Source of the DNA: an uncultured Candidatus Binatia bacterium
GTDB taxonomy: Bacteria; Desulfobacterota; Binatia; Bin18
Reading direction: 5' to 3'
Assembly: GCA_965200965.1 (NCBI GenBank)
Contig: OZ241744.1
Coordinates: 1,600,001 to 1,664,000, forward strand
Length of the DNA: 64,000 nt
Shown here: positions 50,533 to 60,622 of the stretch, one piece after another
How the letters are laid out: every line of letters begins with the position of its first letter
Numbering within the stretch: the stretch's first letter is position 1
Position numbers and translations under genes: made by a program
Notes under the pieces: model-generated
Seen by the model: the letters and a program-made list of their open reading frames with translations, nothing else
Databases searched by the model: none
Told to the model about the DNA's origin: nothing

Positions 50533-52840
50533 ACCGTCCTCCTCGCTGTATCGCCGCGGCCAAGTCCGGGCTCAGCCGCTCTGGCCGTCGGACCGGCAGC
50601 TCAATAAGAAAGCGACTCCCGTGGGGGGTATTGTCCTGCACGCGCAGAAAAGCCTGATGATCGGCTACCACCGTGGCCACAATCGCCAGGCCAAGGCCCG
50701 TGCCGTCTTTTTTGGTCGAAAAATAGGGCTCAAACAAGCGATCTTTGATCTCCGCCGGAATACCGCAGCCGGTGTCGGTCACCTCAAGCCGAACGATGCC
50801 GACCGAGCGGAAAAAGCGGGTCAAGACCTCAATGTGCCCCGGCGAGCCGTTGCCACTGCCGTTGACCTGGGCCTGGCAGGCGGCCACGGCGTTGTCCAGC
50901 AGGTTGCGTACCGTCCGTTTGATACCCTCGCGGTCAAGGTCTAACAGCGGCAGATTGGGGTCGCAGGACAGGCTGAAATCCAGCTCCCGGTGGGCCTCGG
51001 AAAAGATGATGGTCACCTCCCGGATCAGGGCGTTCAGGTCCTCCGGCTGGTACTCGGCGGTCGGTAGACGGGCAAAGGTCGAAAACTCGTTGACCAGTCG
51101 TTTAAGTGTATTGACCTCATGTGCGATGCTCTGGACACATTCGTTGAACACGCTCTGGGAGTCGGACCCCTGCGGCGCAAAGCGACGGTGCAAGCGCTGG
51201 GCGGCAAGCTGAATCGGGGTCAGCGGGTTTTTGATTTCGTGGGCAATCCGGCACGCCACCTCACGCCAGGCTTCCATCCGTTCGACCCGGATGATCTGGG
51301 TCACGTCCTCAAAAAAGCACACCCCGCCCAACACGTCTCCGCCCTCGTCGGTCAGGGGTGCGGTCGTCACCAGCAGGGTCAGGGTCTGGCCGTTGCGCAG
51401 CAGGCGCAGCTGGCCCTGGCTGTCAGGTCCGCTCTCGCCGCCAGCGCACGGCGAGCCGAGCGGCTCGGTCAGCAGGTCCCCGACCATCCGCCGCAGTTCG
51501 GCGAACTCGGCCGTCCCAAACACGTCGCGGTAGTCGCGCCCAACGGCCTCCTCTGCGGCCACCCCCAGCAGCCGTTCGGCGGCCCGATTCAGCGTCGAGA
51601 CCAGACCGGCCCGATCCAGAGACACGACCCCGGCGTTCATATTGGCCAGCAGGATTTCCATATAGCACCGTCGGGCTTCCAGTTCTTGATGGCTGCGCTG
51701 TAGGTCGGTCGTCATCCGGTTAAAGGCGACCACCAAGGTCCCGACCTCGTCCTCGCCCTCGCCCTCAAGCCGATGGCCCCAGTGGCCCTGGGCTACCTCA
51801 CGGGTTGCCACGGCCAGTTGTTGGAGCGGGATGGCGATCTTTTTGGACAAAAAGAAACCCAGCCACACCGCGGAAAAGACCGCCACCAGCGTCGCCAGAG
51901 ACATGGTGATCACATAGCTGTTTTTCATCGGCTGCTTGAGAATTCTGAGCTGTCGATACTCGTTGAAGGCGTCCGTCAGCTGGGTTACCTGCCAGGCAAT
52001 GTGAGACGGCACCACATACTCGACAACGACCGCTCCAAGTACCTCATCGCGGCCCACATCGCGGCCCAGGATGGGCACGCCGCTGCGCACGACTTGGGTC
52101 TGGCCCGGGATGTGAGCCTGACGGACGGCAGTATTCTGGAACACCTGATCGAGCAACTCGGCGTCCACGCTGCCGTCCCCGCCAACGGCGCGGTCCGGTA
52201 CCGAAGTGGCCGCCAAGAGTTGCCGGTCGGGGCCAAAGATCAGAATGCGGCCCAGCTCAGAACGGTGACGGGTGGGCTCAACCAAGCCCCGCAGAGCCTG
52301 GTCTGGCCCAGCGGTCAAGCCCCGGGCCGCCACCTCGTTGGCCAGCCCGCGGGCGTGGAACAGGGCCTCGTCAGCCAAACGCTCGTAGAAGGCATCAACG
52401 CCGCTGAGCGCTTCGACCAGCGAGTTTTCGGGCTTGTTGGAAAACCAGTTGTCAATAGACCGATTGACAAAACCAACCCCGATCAAAAACAGCAGGAGAG
52501 CCGGCAATAGGGAAATCGCTACAAAGGCCAGGACTAGCCGGAAGCGCAGGTGCGCGCCCGGGAGCTTCTGCCGCCGTTCGTAAAAAAGCTTGACCAGGTT
52601 GCGACCGACCAGAAAAACGATCAGGACGAGCAGAACGATATTGAGGTTGATCAGCAGGACAAAGACGATATTACTGGCCAAGCTGTGGATGTTGTTGAAC
52701 TGTGGCAGCGGGCTTTGCGAGACGATAAACAGCAGGACGCCGAGGGCGGTGATCAGAATCAGCCCGCCTTCCCGCAGCCGCCGGCGTCTGGCGTGGGCTG
52801 ATTCTTGGGATGGGGAAGCGGACGGCGGTCGGGTGTCCAT
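50525..52840 (-). CDS. ntrY: NtrY-like membrane sensor histidine kinase (HAMP-PAS-HisKA-HATPase)
   Basis: SIDNWF, HAMP DEVGTLVVAFNRMT, AWREVACRIAHEIKNPLTPIQL, NLLDNA, DTGCG, GTGLGL. Confidence 0.9.
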   Translation of the reverse strand: MDTRPPSASPSQESAHARRRRLREGGLILITALGVLLFIVSQSPLPQFNNIHSLASNIVFVLLINLNIVLLVLIVFLVGRNLVKLFYERRQKLPGAHLRFRLVLAFVAISLLPALLLFLIGVGFVNRSIDNWFSNKPENSLVEALSGVDAFYERLADEALFHARGLANEVAARGLTAGPDQALRGLVEPTRHRSELGRILIFGPDRQLLAATSVPDRAVGGDGSVDAELLDQVFQNTAVRQAHIPGQTQVVRSGVPILGRDVGRDEVLGAVVVEYVVPSHIAWQVTQLTDAFNEYRQLRILKQPMKNSYVITMSLATLVAVFSAVWLGFFLSKKIAIPLQQLAVATREVAQGHWGHRLEGEGEDEVGTLVVAFNRMTTDLQRSHQELEARRCYMEILLANMNAGVVSLDRAGLVSTLNRAAERLLGVAAEEAVGRDYRDVFGTAEFAELRRMVGDLLTEPLGSPCAGGESGPDSQGQLRLLRNGQTLTLLVTTAPLTDEGGDVLGGVCFFEDVTQIIRVERMEAWREVACRIAHEIKNPLTPIQLAAQRLHRRFAPQGSDSQSVFNECVQSIAHEVNTLKRLVNEFSTFARLPTAEYQPEDLNALIREVTIIFSEAHRELDFSLSCDPNLPLLDLDREGIKRTVRNLLDNAVAACQAQVNGSGNGSPGHIEVLTRFFRSVGIVRLEVTDTGCGIPAEIKDRLFEPYFSTKKDGTGLGLAIVATVVADHQAFLRVQDNTPHGSRFLIELPVRRPERLSPDLAAAIQRGGRYG

Positions 52841-52865
52841 AGCGTCTCACCTGCTCCGCGGCCGC

Positions 52866-53927
52866 TCAGAACAACTCGTCCTGGCCTGCCCCGCCGGCCT
52901 TGGTGCGATCAAAATGGACGTAGGCTTTGAGGGTGGCCAGCCGTCCGCGGGGCGTGCGCTGGAGATAGCCCTCCTGAATCAGGTAGGGCTCATATACGTC
53001 TTCGATGGTATGTTTCTCTTCGCCAATGGCTGCGGCTATGGTTTCGACCCCGACCGGGCCCCCCTGGAACTTGTTAATAATTGTCAGCAGGACGGCCCGG
53101 TCCATTTTGTCAAAGCCGACCTCGTCCACTTCCAGCAGCCGCAGCGCGGCCCGGGCCACCTCCAGACTGACCACAGAGTTGGCCTTGACCTGGGCAAAGT
53201 CGCGCACCCGCCGGAGCAGGCGATTGGCAATGCGCGGCGTGCCACGCGAGCGACGGGCAATCTCGGTCACCCCGTCGGCGTCAATCGTCATGTGCAGGAT
53301 GGAGGCCGAGCGGCGAATGATCTGCTCCAGTTCGGCCGCCTGGTAAAAGTCAAGACGAAAGGTCGAGCCAAAGCGGTCGCGCAGGGGCGAGGTCAGCAGG
53401 CCCGAGCGAGTGGTCGCCCCCACCAGGGTGAAGTGTTTGAGCGACAACTTGACCGTGCGGGCCGAGGGGCCCTGGCCGACCACCAAGTCCAGTTGAAAAT
53501 CTTCCATCGCCGGATACAGGAACTCTTCTACCACCCGGTTGAGGCGGTGAATCTCATCAATGAACAGCACATCGCCGTCTTCCAGATTGGTCAGGATAGC
53601 CGCCAGGTCGCCGGGCCGTTCAATGACCGGCCCGGTCGTGGCCCGGATATCTACACCCATTTCCCGGGCGATAATATGGGCCATTGAGGTCTTGCCCAGC
53701 CCCGGCGGACCGTAGAACAGCAGGTGGTCAAGCACATCACCCCGCTGTGTAGCGGCCTGAATGGCGATATGCAGATTCTGTTTGGTGCTCTCCTGACCGA
53801 TATAGTCGTCCAGGCTGCGTGGGCGCAGCGAACCCTCAAGACGCGCCCCGCCGGCGTCCATCTGCTCGTCCAGCGACGCGTTCAGGTCAAGGACAGGGGT
53901 TCTGGGCGATTCTTCTGGCTTGCTCAC
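52866..53927 (-). CDS. ruvB: Holliday junction helicase RuvB
   Basis: [47 protein letters not shown]. Confidence 0.98.
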   Translation of the reverse strand: MSKPEESPRTPVLDLNASLDEQMDAGGARLEGSLRPRSLDDYIGQESTKQNLHIAIQAATQRGDVLDHLLFYGPPGLGKTSMAHIIAREMGVDIRATTGPVIERPGDLAAILTNLEDGDVLFIDEIHRLNRVVEEFLYPAMEDFQLDLVVGQGPSARTVKLSLKHFTLVGATTRSGLLTSPLRDRFGSTFRLDFYQAAELEQIIRRSASILHMTIDADGVTEIARRSRGTPRIANRLLRRVRDFAQVKANSVVSLEVARAALRLLEVDEVGFDKMDRAVLLTIINKFQGGPVGVETIAAAIGEEKHTIEDVYEPYLIQEGYLQRTPRGRLATLKAYVHFDRTKAGGAGQDELF

Positions 53928-54514
53928 GCGCTCAGACTCCGTAGTGACTCCTGAATAATGTCGGTCAGCGTTGCCCGTCCATCGCGCAGAGCGCGCTGAA
54001 CTGCTTTTTCGGCCTGCACTTGGCGATAACCCAGATTGATGAGGGCCGATACCGCGTCCGCAGAAACCGCCGGTTCAGTGCCCGGGACCGCCGCGCCATC
54101 GCCGCCGGGAAACGTCCCGACCTTTTCGCGCAGTTCAACCACTAGACGCTCGGCCATTCTGCGCCCAACCCCCGGGACCGCCAGCAGCCGGGTCACATCA
54201 CCGGCCCGCAGAGCGTCTTCCAACTCCTCAACCGGGATACCGGACAGGATGTTGACGGCCAGCCGGGGGCCAATCCCGCTCACTCCCTTGAGCAGCACAA
54301 AGCCGGCCTTTTCCTGCTCGGCAAGAAAGCCGAAGAGTTGGAAGGCGTCTTCACGCACATGGGTGTGGATATGCAGACTGACCCGCTGGCCCGGCTCGGG
54401 CAGGCGATAAAAGGTCTGGAGCGAGACAAACACCAGATAGCCTACCCCACCGACATCAATGATTAGCTGATCCGTGGCCTTGTCTTTGAGCATCCCGCTC
54501 AGACGCGCAATCAT
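53924..54514 (-). CDS. ruvA: Holliday junction binding protein RuvA
   Basis: MIARLSG, GGVGY, HVRED, VSGIGP, VPGVG, ALINLGY. Confidence 0.96.
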   Translation of the reverse strand: MIARLSGMLKDKATDQLIIDVGGVGYLVFVSLQTFYRLPEPGQRVSLHIHTHVREDAFQLFGFLAEQEKAGFVLLKGVSGIGPRLAVNILSGIPVEELEDALRAGDVTRLLAVPGVGRRMAERLVVELREKVGTFPGGDGAAVPGTEPAVSADAVSALINLGYRQVQAEKAVQRALRDGRATLTDIIQESLRSLSA

Positions 54515-54516
54515 CC

Positions 54517-55155
54517 TCAGCCCCGGCCTCGTGCCGAGCCACCGACCAGCAGGTCTGGGGCCAGACTGTCTACTGAAACCTGCCGCCACGAGCGCGGGCG
54601 TCTTTTGCTCCGACGGCCCATCACCTCGGCCAGTTGCGTCTGAATCTGAACCGCCAACGGAGAGCTATGACAGTGACACACCGCCGCGGCCAGGGCATCC
54701 GTCGCGTCCTGGCTGGTCGGCAAGGCCGCGGTCAGTCCATTGCCCAGCAGCGCAAACACGGCTTTCTGCACCTGGGCCTTATCGGCGCGGCCATACCCGA
54801 CCACCGCGGTTTTAACTTCGGTCGGGTTATACTCGGCAATCGTCAGCCCGGCCTGAGCCGCGGCCAGGAGGATGACGCCTCGGGCTTCTCCGAGCCGCAG
54901 GGCGCTTTGTACATTGTGGGCCACAAACGCTTTTTCGAGGCTCAGGGTATGGGGGGTCCAACGCTCAATCACCTCGACGATTCCCGCGTACACGACCCGC
55001 AGCCGTTCGGGCAGGGACGAGAAGCCGGCTGTTGAGACAAGGCCCCCGGCACAAAAAGCGAGGGCTCGGCCCTGACGGTCCACAATCCCCCAGCCAGTTC
55101 GCAAGGTCCCGGGGTCTACCCCGAGCACCCGTTCTCCTTTTCCCGTGTGCCGCAC
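54517..55155 (-). CDS. ruvC: Holliday junction resolvase RuvC (with basic C-terminal tail)
   Basis: LGVDPG, LEKAF, LGEARG, VKTAVVGYGRADKAQV, DATDALA. Confidence 0.95.
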   Translation of the reverse strand: MRHTGKGERVLGVDPGTLRTGWGIVDRQGRALAFCAGGLVSTAGFSSLPERLRVVYAGIVEVIERWTPHTLSLEKAFVAHNVQSALRLGEARGVILLAAAQAGLTIAEYNPTEVKTAVVGYGRADKAQVQKAVFALLGNGLTAALPTSQDATDALAAAVCHCHSSPLAVQIQTQLAEVMGRRSKRRPRSWRQVSVDSLAPDLLVGGSARGRG

Positions 55156-55184
55156 CGGTCCTCCTCTCCCACCTCATCAACGTG

Positions 55185-55937
55185 TCAGGCCGCGCTCAAG
55201 CGATCGAAGTCCTCTTCAGAGAACTCACAGTTGGCGGCTACGCTCTGGATATCGTCGTGTTCCTGCAACACGTCGAGCAGCTTATACACCTGCTCGGCCT
55301 CTTTGCCGGACAGGCTGACCGTATTCTGGGGAACGAGCGTCACCTCTGCCGACTGCATGTTCAGACCGGCCTGCTCAAGGGTGGCATGGACCGCATTAAA
55401 ATCCTCTGGACTGGTTACTACCTCAAAGCCGCCCTCGCCGCCGCTCACGTCTTCAGCCCCGGCCTCCAGCACAATTTCCATCAGCCGGTCTTCGTCAACC
55501 TGCCCAGCCCCGACCGCAATAATGCCTTTTTTATCAAACATCCAGGCGACCGAGTTTGAGGTCCCCAGGCTGCCGCCATACTTGGTCAGGAAATGGCGGA
55601 TCTCGGCCACCGTCCGGTTCCTGTTATCAGTCAGGACTTGCAGCATGAGGGCCACCCCGCCCGGGCCGTGGCCCTCATAGACGACCTCCTCATAGCTGAC
55701 GCCTTCGAGTTCGCCGGCACCTTTTTTGACCGCCCGCTCAATCGTGTCGTTCGGCATACTGGCGGCTCGGGCTGCGGCCAGAGCGGTGCGCAAGCGCGGG
55801 TTGGCCGACGCATCACTGCCGCCGATGCGAGCCGAAATGGTCAAATCTTTGATCAGCTTGTTGAACAGCTTGCCCCGGCGTGCGTCCTTGACCGCCTTTT
55901 TATGTTTGATCGTGCTCCATTTAGAGTGGCCCGACAT
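55185..55937 (-). CDS. yebC: YebC/PmpR family protein
   Basis: MSGHSKWSTIKHKK, NPRLR, YEGHGPGG, TDNRNRT. Confidence 0.96.
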   Translation of the reverse strand: MSGHSKWSTIKHKKAVKDARRGKLFNKLIKDLTISARIGGSDASANPRLRTALAAARAASMPNDTIERAVKKGAGELEGVSYEEVVYEGHGPGGVALMLQVLTDNRNRTVAEIRHFLTKYGGSLGTSNSVAWMFDKKGIIAVGAGQVDEDRLMEIVLEAGAEDVSGGEGGFEVVTSPEDFNAVHATLEQAGLNMQSAEVTLVPQNTVSLSGKEAEQVYKLLDVLQEHDDIQSVAANCEFSEEDFDRLSAA

Positions 55938-56124
55938 GGAAATGCCCCTCCCGCGCGGTGAGTGTCTGGCCCTGTGCTTAGCACATTGAGGCTGGGGAGT
56001 AAACGGAGAGCTCGCCCCCCGGGACTGCCAGCAAAGATGCTAAACATTTGAAAAATATGGGATTTCAGAATACCCGGCAGAAGGCCGATCGAAAAAACAG
56101 CAGACAGGCTCTCCGGGCGGTGGC

Positions 56125-57876
56125 CTATCTCGCCCCAACGGCCACGACCCGGACCGTTATGATGTCGGTGTCATGGTACTGCTGGTGGCGCACCGATGAG
56201 GCGACATGCCGCAACAGACGCAGTGACAACTCGTTCTCGGCCGGCGTCCCAGCGGTCCGCTCGCCGAGGAGGGCGAGGCGGTCCTCAAGGTTTTCGTCGC
56301 CGCTCGTGGCCACAAACTCCAATTCCGCGGCGTTCCGGTCGCCGCACGCAACGAGCAGCAGACGCTGGCCGGCCCTTGTCGGTCTGTCCGCCTCGGGCTG
56401 AAGGAGGGTCAGCATGGTCTCTTCGCCGGCTGAGCACAGCCGCTCGGTGGACTCGGCATTCCAGCCCAGGCGCGATGCCAACTGGCGCAGAAAATCCTCA
56501 ATCTTTGGCAGGACGGCGAGATCGAGTTCCATTTCGATACGCCGACGGCGCGGGCCGGTCAATTCCAGGAACAGGGTCAGGACAATCGCCGCAAAGCCGC
56601 CCATTGTCATGCCGTTGCCGAGCAACGCACTCCAGGCCTCGCCGAGATGGTCAACGAAAATGGCCTGATTCTGAAATCCTACCCCCAGCCAGAAGGCGAC
56701 CCCGGCTACTGTGGCCTTGCGATAATCAATGTCGTCCTGGACGATGATCTTCATGCCCTGCATGAACAGCAGCCCCAGCAACACAAAAGCATAGGCGGCG
56801 ACGACCGGGCTTGGAATAGCCAGCAGAAGGGCGGTGGCCTTGGGCAGAAACGCCAGCGTGACGAAGACAATGCCGACGCCAACGCCAACACTGCGAGCGC
56901 CAACTCCGGTCAGTTCGGCGAGCGGTACGCTTGACGAGTAGGTCGTATTCGGCACGGTGGCGGCAAGGCCGGACAGCAGGTTGCCCACACCGTCGGCGGC
57001 GACTGCACCCTGGACCGTCCGAAAACTGATCGCCCGCGGCGCACGCCACGAGACCCGCTGAATGGCCACCGCATCGCCAACCGTCTCAATAGCGCCAACC
57101 AGGGTCACGAACACGAAGGCCGGCAACAGAGCCCAGAACTCGGCCCCAAACCGCAGGTCAAACCCCGGCCAAGCGAGCGTCGGCAGGCCAACCCAGGCCG
57201 CGGCGCTCACCCGTTCGAGGTCGTACAGCCCAAACGGCGAGGCAACAAGACAGCCCAAGGCAATGCCGATGACCGGTGCCCACAGCCGCCAGACGCCCGA
57301 GGCCCGCAGCGCCAGGGCCACGACGACGGTCAGGGTGGCCGCGGCGCTTATCGGAGCCGCGGCCGGTGATGTTCCCTCGGGCACATCGGTCAACAACTCG
57401 AACATGACCGGCATGATGGTGACGGAGATCATGCCGATGACCGTACCGGCGACGACCGGAGTGATGATCCGCCGCAGCAGCGACAGCCAAGCCGACAGCG
57501 CGAACTGGAACAGTGACGAGACAACAATCAGGCTGGCCAGCAGGGCCGGTCCCCCCTCCACCAGGGCCGTGATGGAGACAGAAATAAAGGTGGCCGAGGT
57601 GCCCATGATGAGGACATGGCCGGAGCCGATACGCCCCAGCCGGGCGGCCTGGAGGACGGTCGTCAGCCCGCTGATGAGCAGCGCCGCAAAGACCGCCCAG
57701 GACAAATAGCTCTCGCTCTGGTTGGCCGCCCGGATCACGATGGCCGGGGTCAGCACAATGGCTACCAGGACAATCATGGCATACTGAAAGCCGAGGCCCA
57801 GGGACAGGAGGTACGGAGGCTGTTCGTCGGGTTCGTAGCGGACATTCGGGTTATGACCGGTGGAATCGGCAGGCAT
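56125..57876 (-). CDS. NCS2 (xanthine/uracil-type) permease fused to a C-terminal RsbW/HATPase_c-like domain
   Basis: LGFQY, TPVVAGTV, IETVGD, ADGVG, NTTYSS; soluble tail LPKIEDFL..LGW....ERL..AGEE..., LSLRLLRHVASSV. Confidence 0.8.
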   Translation of the reverse strand: MPADSTGHNPNVRYEPDEQPPYLLSLGLGFQYAMIVLVAIVLTPAIVIRAANQSESYLSWAVFAALLISGLTTVLQAARLGRIGSGHVLIMGTSATFISVSITALVEGGPALLASLIVVSSLFQFALSAWLSLLRRIITPVVAGTVIGMISVTIMPVMFELLTDVPEGTSPAAAPISAAATLTVVVALALRASGVWRLWAPVIGIALGCLVASPFGLYDLERVSAAAWVGLPTLAWPGFDLRFGAEFWALLPAFVFVTLVGAIETVGDAVAIQRVSWRAPRAISFRTVQGAVAADGVGNLLSGLAATVPNTTYSSSVPLAELTGVGARSVGVGVGIVFVTLAFLPKATALLLAIPSPVVAAYAFVLLGLLFMQGMKIIVQDDIDYRKATVAGVAFWLGVGFQNQAIFVDHLGEAWSALLGNGMTMGGFAAIVLTLFLELTGPRRRRIEMELDLAVLPKIEDFLRQLASRLGWNAESTERLCSAGEETMLTLLQPEADRPTRAGQRLLLVACGDRNAAELEFVATSGDENLEDRLALLGERTAGTPAENELSLRLLRHVASSVRHQQYHDTDIITVRVVAVGAR

Positions 57877-58042
57877 CGTGTCAACCTCAGCGGACGAGAC
57901 AATAAGGGCGGAGGGTAGCAGAGACGATCTCTCCCGACAACACCTTTCGACTGCCGGCGCAATGCCCTGCAACGCTGGCCACCTTTTGCAAGCCCTGAAC
58001 GCTTGAGGCATCATACCCCGGCACGGGAAGAAGGGAGAGGGT

Positions 58043-60622
58043 ATGAAAAAATTGGGGCGATGGGGTGGCTTGGCCGGCCTTGTAGTGGTGATTGGCTCAG
58101 GGCTGGCAGGGGCGCAAGAGACGGTCGTTGAACTCGGAGCACTTCAGGTTGTCGGCTCCCGGCTGCCGGGCCGCTCGGCCCAGGACGCTCCGGTGCCGGT
58201 GGACGTGATCCAGGGGGAAGACCTGCGGACCTACGGCATCCGGGACATGAACAACCTGCTGGCCGCCACCATCCCATCCTACAACATCTCGCAGCACTCT
58301 GTCGGCAGCCAGGATGTGCTAGTCCGGCCGGCCAAGCTGCGCGGCCTGCCGCCCGACTCTACCCTGGTGCTCGTCAACGGCAAACGCCGCCACCGCTCGT
58401 CAGCGATTACGGTCTGGAGCCGGGGCCGGGCGCGCGGCTCGCACGGGCCCGATATTGCCGCCATCCCGGCCATTGCCCTCAAACGGGTTGAAGTCCTGCG
58501 CGACGGGGCCGCGGCCCAGTACGGCTCGGACGCGGTGGCCGGCGTGCTCAACTTTGTCCTGCGTGACACCGCCGAGGGCCTCACCCTGGAGACCCGCCTG
58601 GGCCAGCACTACCACGGCGACGGCGACCTGGCGAACATGGCGGCCAATGTTGGCCTGCCGCTGACCGAGGCCGGCTTTGCCAACCTGAGCTTTGAGTTCA
58701 CCAACGCCGACTCCACCAATCGCAGTGTGCAACGCGCCGACGCCCTGCCGCTCATCGCCGCTGGCAACGAGCATGTCCGTCGCTCGCCGACCCAGGTGTG
58801 GGGCGCGCCCGACCTGCACTATGACTATAAGTTCTTCGGCAACTTCGGCCTTGAGCTCGGCGACCATCACCACGCCTATGCGTTCGGCAACTATGCCGAA
58901 CGCGAACTCGAAGATTCGTGGTTTTATCGCCACCCGGCAAACTTCGCCCAGGTGTTTACCGACCCCTTCGGCCCCAATAACGGCGGGGGACCGAACGCCG
59001 ATCTGTTGATTGCCGACCTGAGCCCCGAGCTGTCCGCCGGCTGTCCTCGGGTCCCGACCGAAAACTACCTGCCCGACCCGGCCTGGCTGGCCGAGGTCCG
59101 GGCTAACCCCGACTGCGATACCCTGTCCCTCCACTTTCCGGGCGGTTTCACGCCTCGCTGGAACGGCACGGTGACGGACTGGAGCATCGCCCTCGGGCTG
59201 CGCGGGACGCTGCGCAGCCCCTCCCTGTCGCTCAACGGCTGGCAGTACGACATGAGCGGGGTGTTCGGCCAGCACCGCATCGTCGGCCGGGTCAGGAACA
59301 GCGTCAACCCGAACCTGATCCGCCTCGGGTCGGCCATGCCAACCGAGTACAGGGTCTCGGGCTATGCAGAGCGGGACATGCTGTTCAACCTCGACCTGTC
59401 CCGGCCGTTCGACCCTGGCCTGTTCGCGTCCCCGCTGAATGTCGCCCTCGGCCTGGAGTACCGCGAGGAAGAGTTCGAAAATGAAACTGGCGAACCCGAC
59501 TCCTGGTTCCGCGACGAAACACTCGTCGCCCAGGGGTTTCTGAACGGCGTCACCGGCCAGCAGGGCACCCCGCCGAGGGACGCGGGGGTGGCCAGCCGAG
59601 GCATCTTTGGTGCCTATCTCGACCTGGAAGCCGATGTTACCGGGAATGTCCTGGTCACCGCGGCCGGCCGCTATGAGGACCACGGGGGGATAGGAGACTC
59701 GCTTGTCGGCAAGTTAGCCGCCCGCTGGGAAGTGCTCAAGGACGCTGTAGCCTTACGCGGCTCGGTCGGCACCGGCTTTCGGGCTCCGACCGTCGGCCAA
59801 GTCAACTACCGCCGGGCTACCACCGGCATCGATCGGCGCAGGGGAGTCCTGGCCGAGGTCGTCACCCTGCCCGTAGACCATCCGATCGCCCGACAGATGG
59901 GGGCCAAGCCGCTCAAGCCCGAACACTCAACCAGCTTCGGCGTCGGCGCGGTGCTGACCCTCGGTGCCCTGTCGGTAACCGCGGACTACTACAACATTGA
60001 GATCCGCAAGCGGATTTTCCAGAGCGGAGACCTGCGGCTGACCGACGCCGACCGGGCCGCGTTGAGGGCCGCCGGCATTGACTTCTCCAGCCTGAGCCTG
60101 GTGCGCTATTTCACCAATGACTTTGATTCTACCACCCAGGGGGTCAACGTAGTAGCGACCTGTCCCCTAGACTGGTTCGGTGGCAGGACCGCCTTCACCT
60201 TTGCCGGCAACTGGAACAACTCCAAGGTTGATACACACGGCCCAGCCCTGCGCGACTACCATGTGGCCCATATTGAGGAGATTGACCCGGAGTTCCGCTT
60301 CACCCTCAGCGCGGACCACCGCTGGGGCCCGTGGCGGCTCCTCAGCCGACTGCGCTATTATGACGACTTCCACAGCTTCCCGGGCTTGTCCACACTCCGC
60401 AATCGCACCCACGCCAAGGCCCGGGCCCTGCTTGACCTGGAGGCTTCCTACACCTTCCTGAACACCGGCCTGACGCTGGCCTTCGGGGCCCAAAACCTGT
60501 TTGACACCTATCCGACCAAAAACCGGGGCGCGGCTGTCTTTGGCGAAAAATACCCAGTCACCTCGCCCTATGGCTTCAACGGCGGGTTCTACTATGCGCG
60601 GGCCGGATTTGAGTGGGGCTAG
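58043..60622 (+). CDS. TonB-dependent receptor 1
   Basis: Signal peptide, VVGSR, LRGLPPDSTLVLVNGKRRH, RVEVLRDGAAAQYGSDAVAGVLN, NLFD, terminal aromatic strand. Confidence 0.95.
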   Translation: MKKLGRWGGLAGLVVVIGSGLAGAQETVVELGALQVVGSRLPGRSAQDAPVPVDVIQGEDLRTYGIRDMNNLLAATIPSYNISQHSVGSQDVLVRPAKLRGLPPDSTLVLVNGKRRHRSSAITVWSRGRARGSHGPDIAAIPAIALKRVEVLRDGAAAQYGSDAVAGVLNFVLRDTAEGLTLETRLGQHYHGDGDLANMAANVGLPLTEAGFANLSFEFTNADSTNRSVQRADALPLIAAGNEHVRRSPTQVWGAPDLHYDYKFFGNFGLELGDHHHAYAFGNYAERELEDSWFYRHPANFAQVFTDPFGPNNGGGPNADLLIADLSPELSAGCPRVPTENYLPDPAWLAEVRANPDCDTLSLHFPGGFTPRWNGTVTDWSIALGLRGTLRSPSLSLNGWQYDMSGVFGQHRIVGRVRNSVNPNLIRLGSAMPTEYRVSGYAERDMLFNLDLSRPFDPGLFASPLNVALGLEYREEEFENETGEPDSWFRDETLVAQGFLNGVTGQQGTPPRDAGVASRGIFGAYLDLEADVTGNVLVTAAGRYEDHGGIGDSLVGKLAARWEVLKDAVALRGSVGTGFRAPTVGQVNYRRATTGIDRRRGVLAEVVTLPVDHPIARQMGAKPLKPEHSTSFGVGAVLTLGALSVTADYYNIEIRKRIFQSGDLRLTDADRAALRAAGIDFSSLSLVRYFTNDFDSTTQGVNVVATCPLDWFGGRTAFTFAGNWNNSKVDTHGPALRDYHVAHIEEIDPEFRFTLSADHRWGPWRLLSRLRYYDDFHSFPGLSTLRNRTHAKARALLDLEASYTFLNTGLTLAFGAQNLFDTYPTKNRGAAVFGEKYPVTSPYGFNGGFYYARAGFEWG

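Noticed and set aside
57976-57990. Sigma54 promoter TGGCCACCTTTTGCA upstream of TBDR1
   Set aside because: GG-to-GC spacing is 9 bp rather than the required 10.
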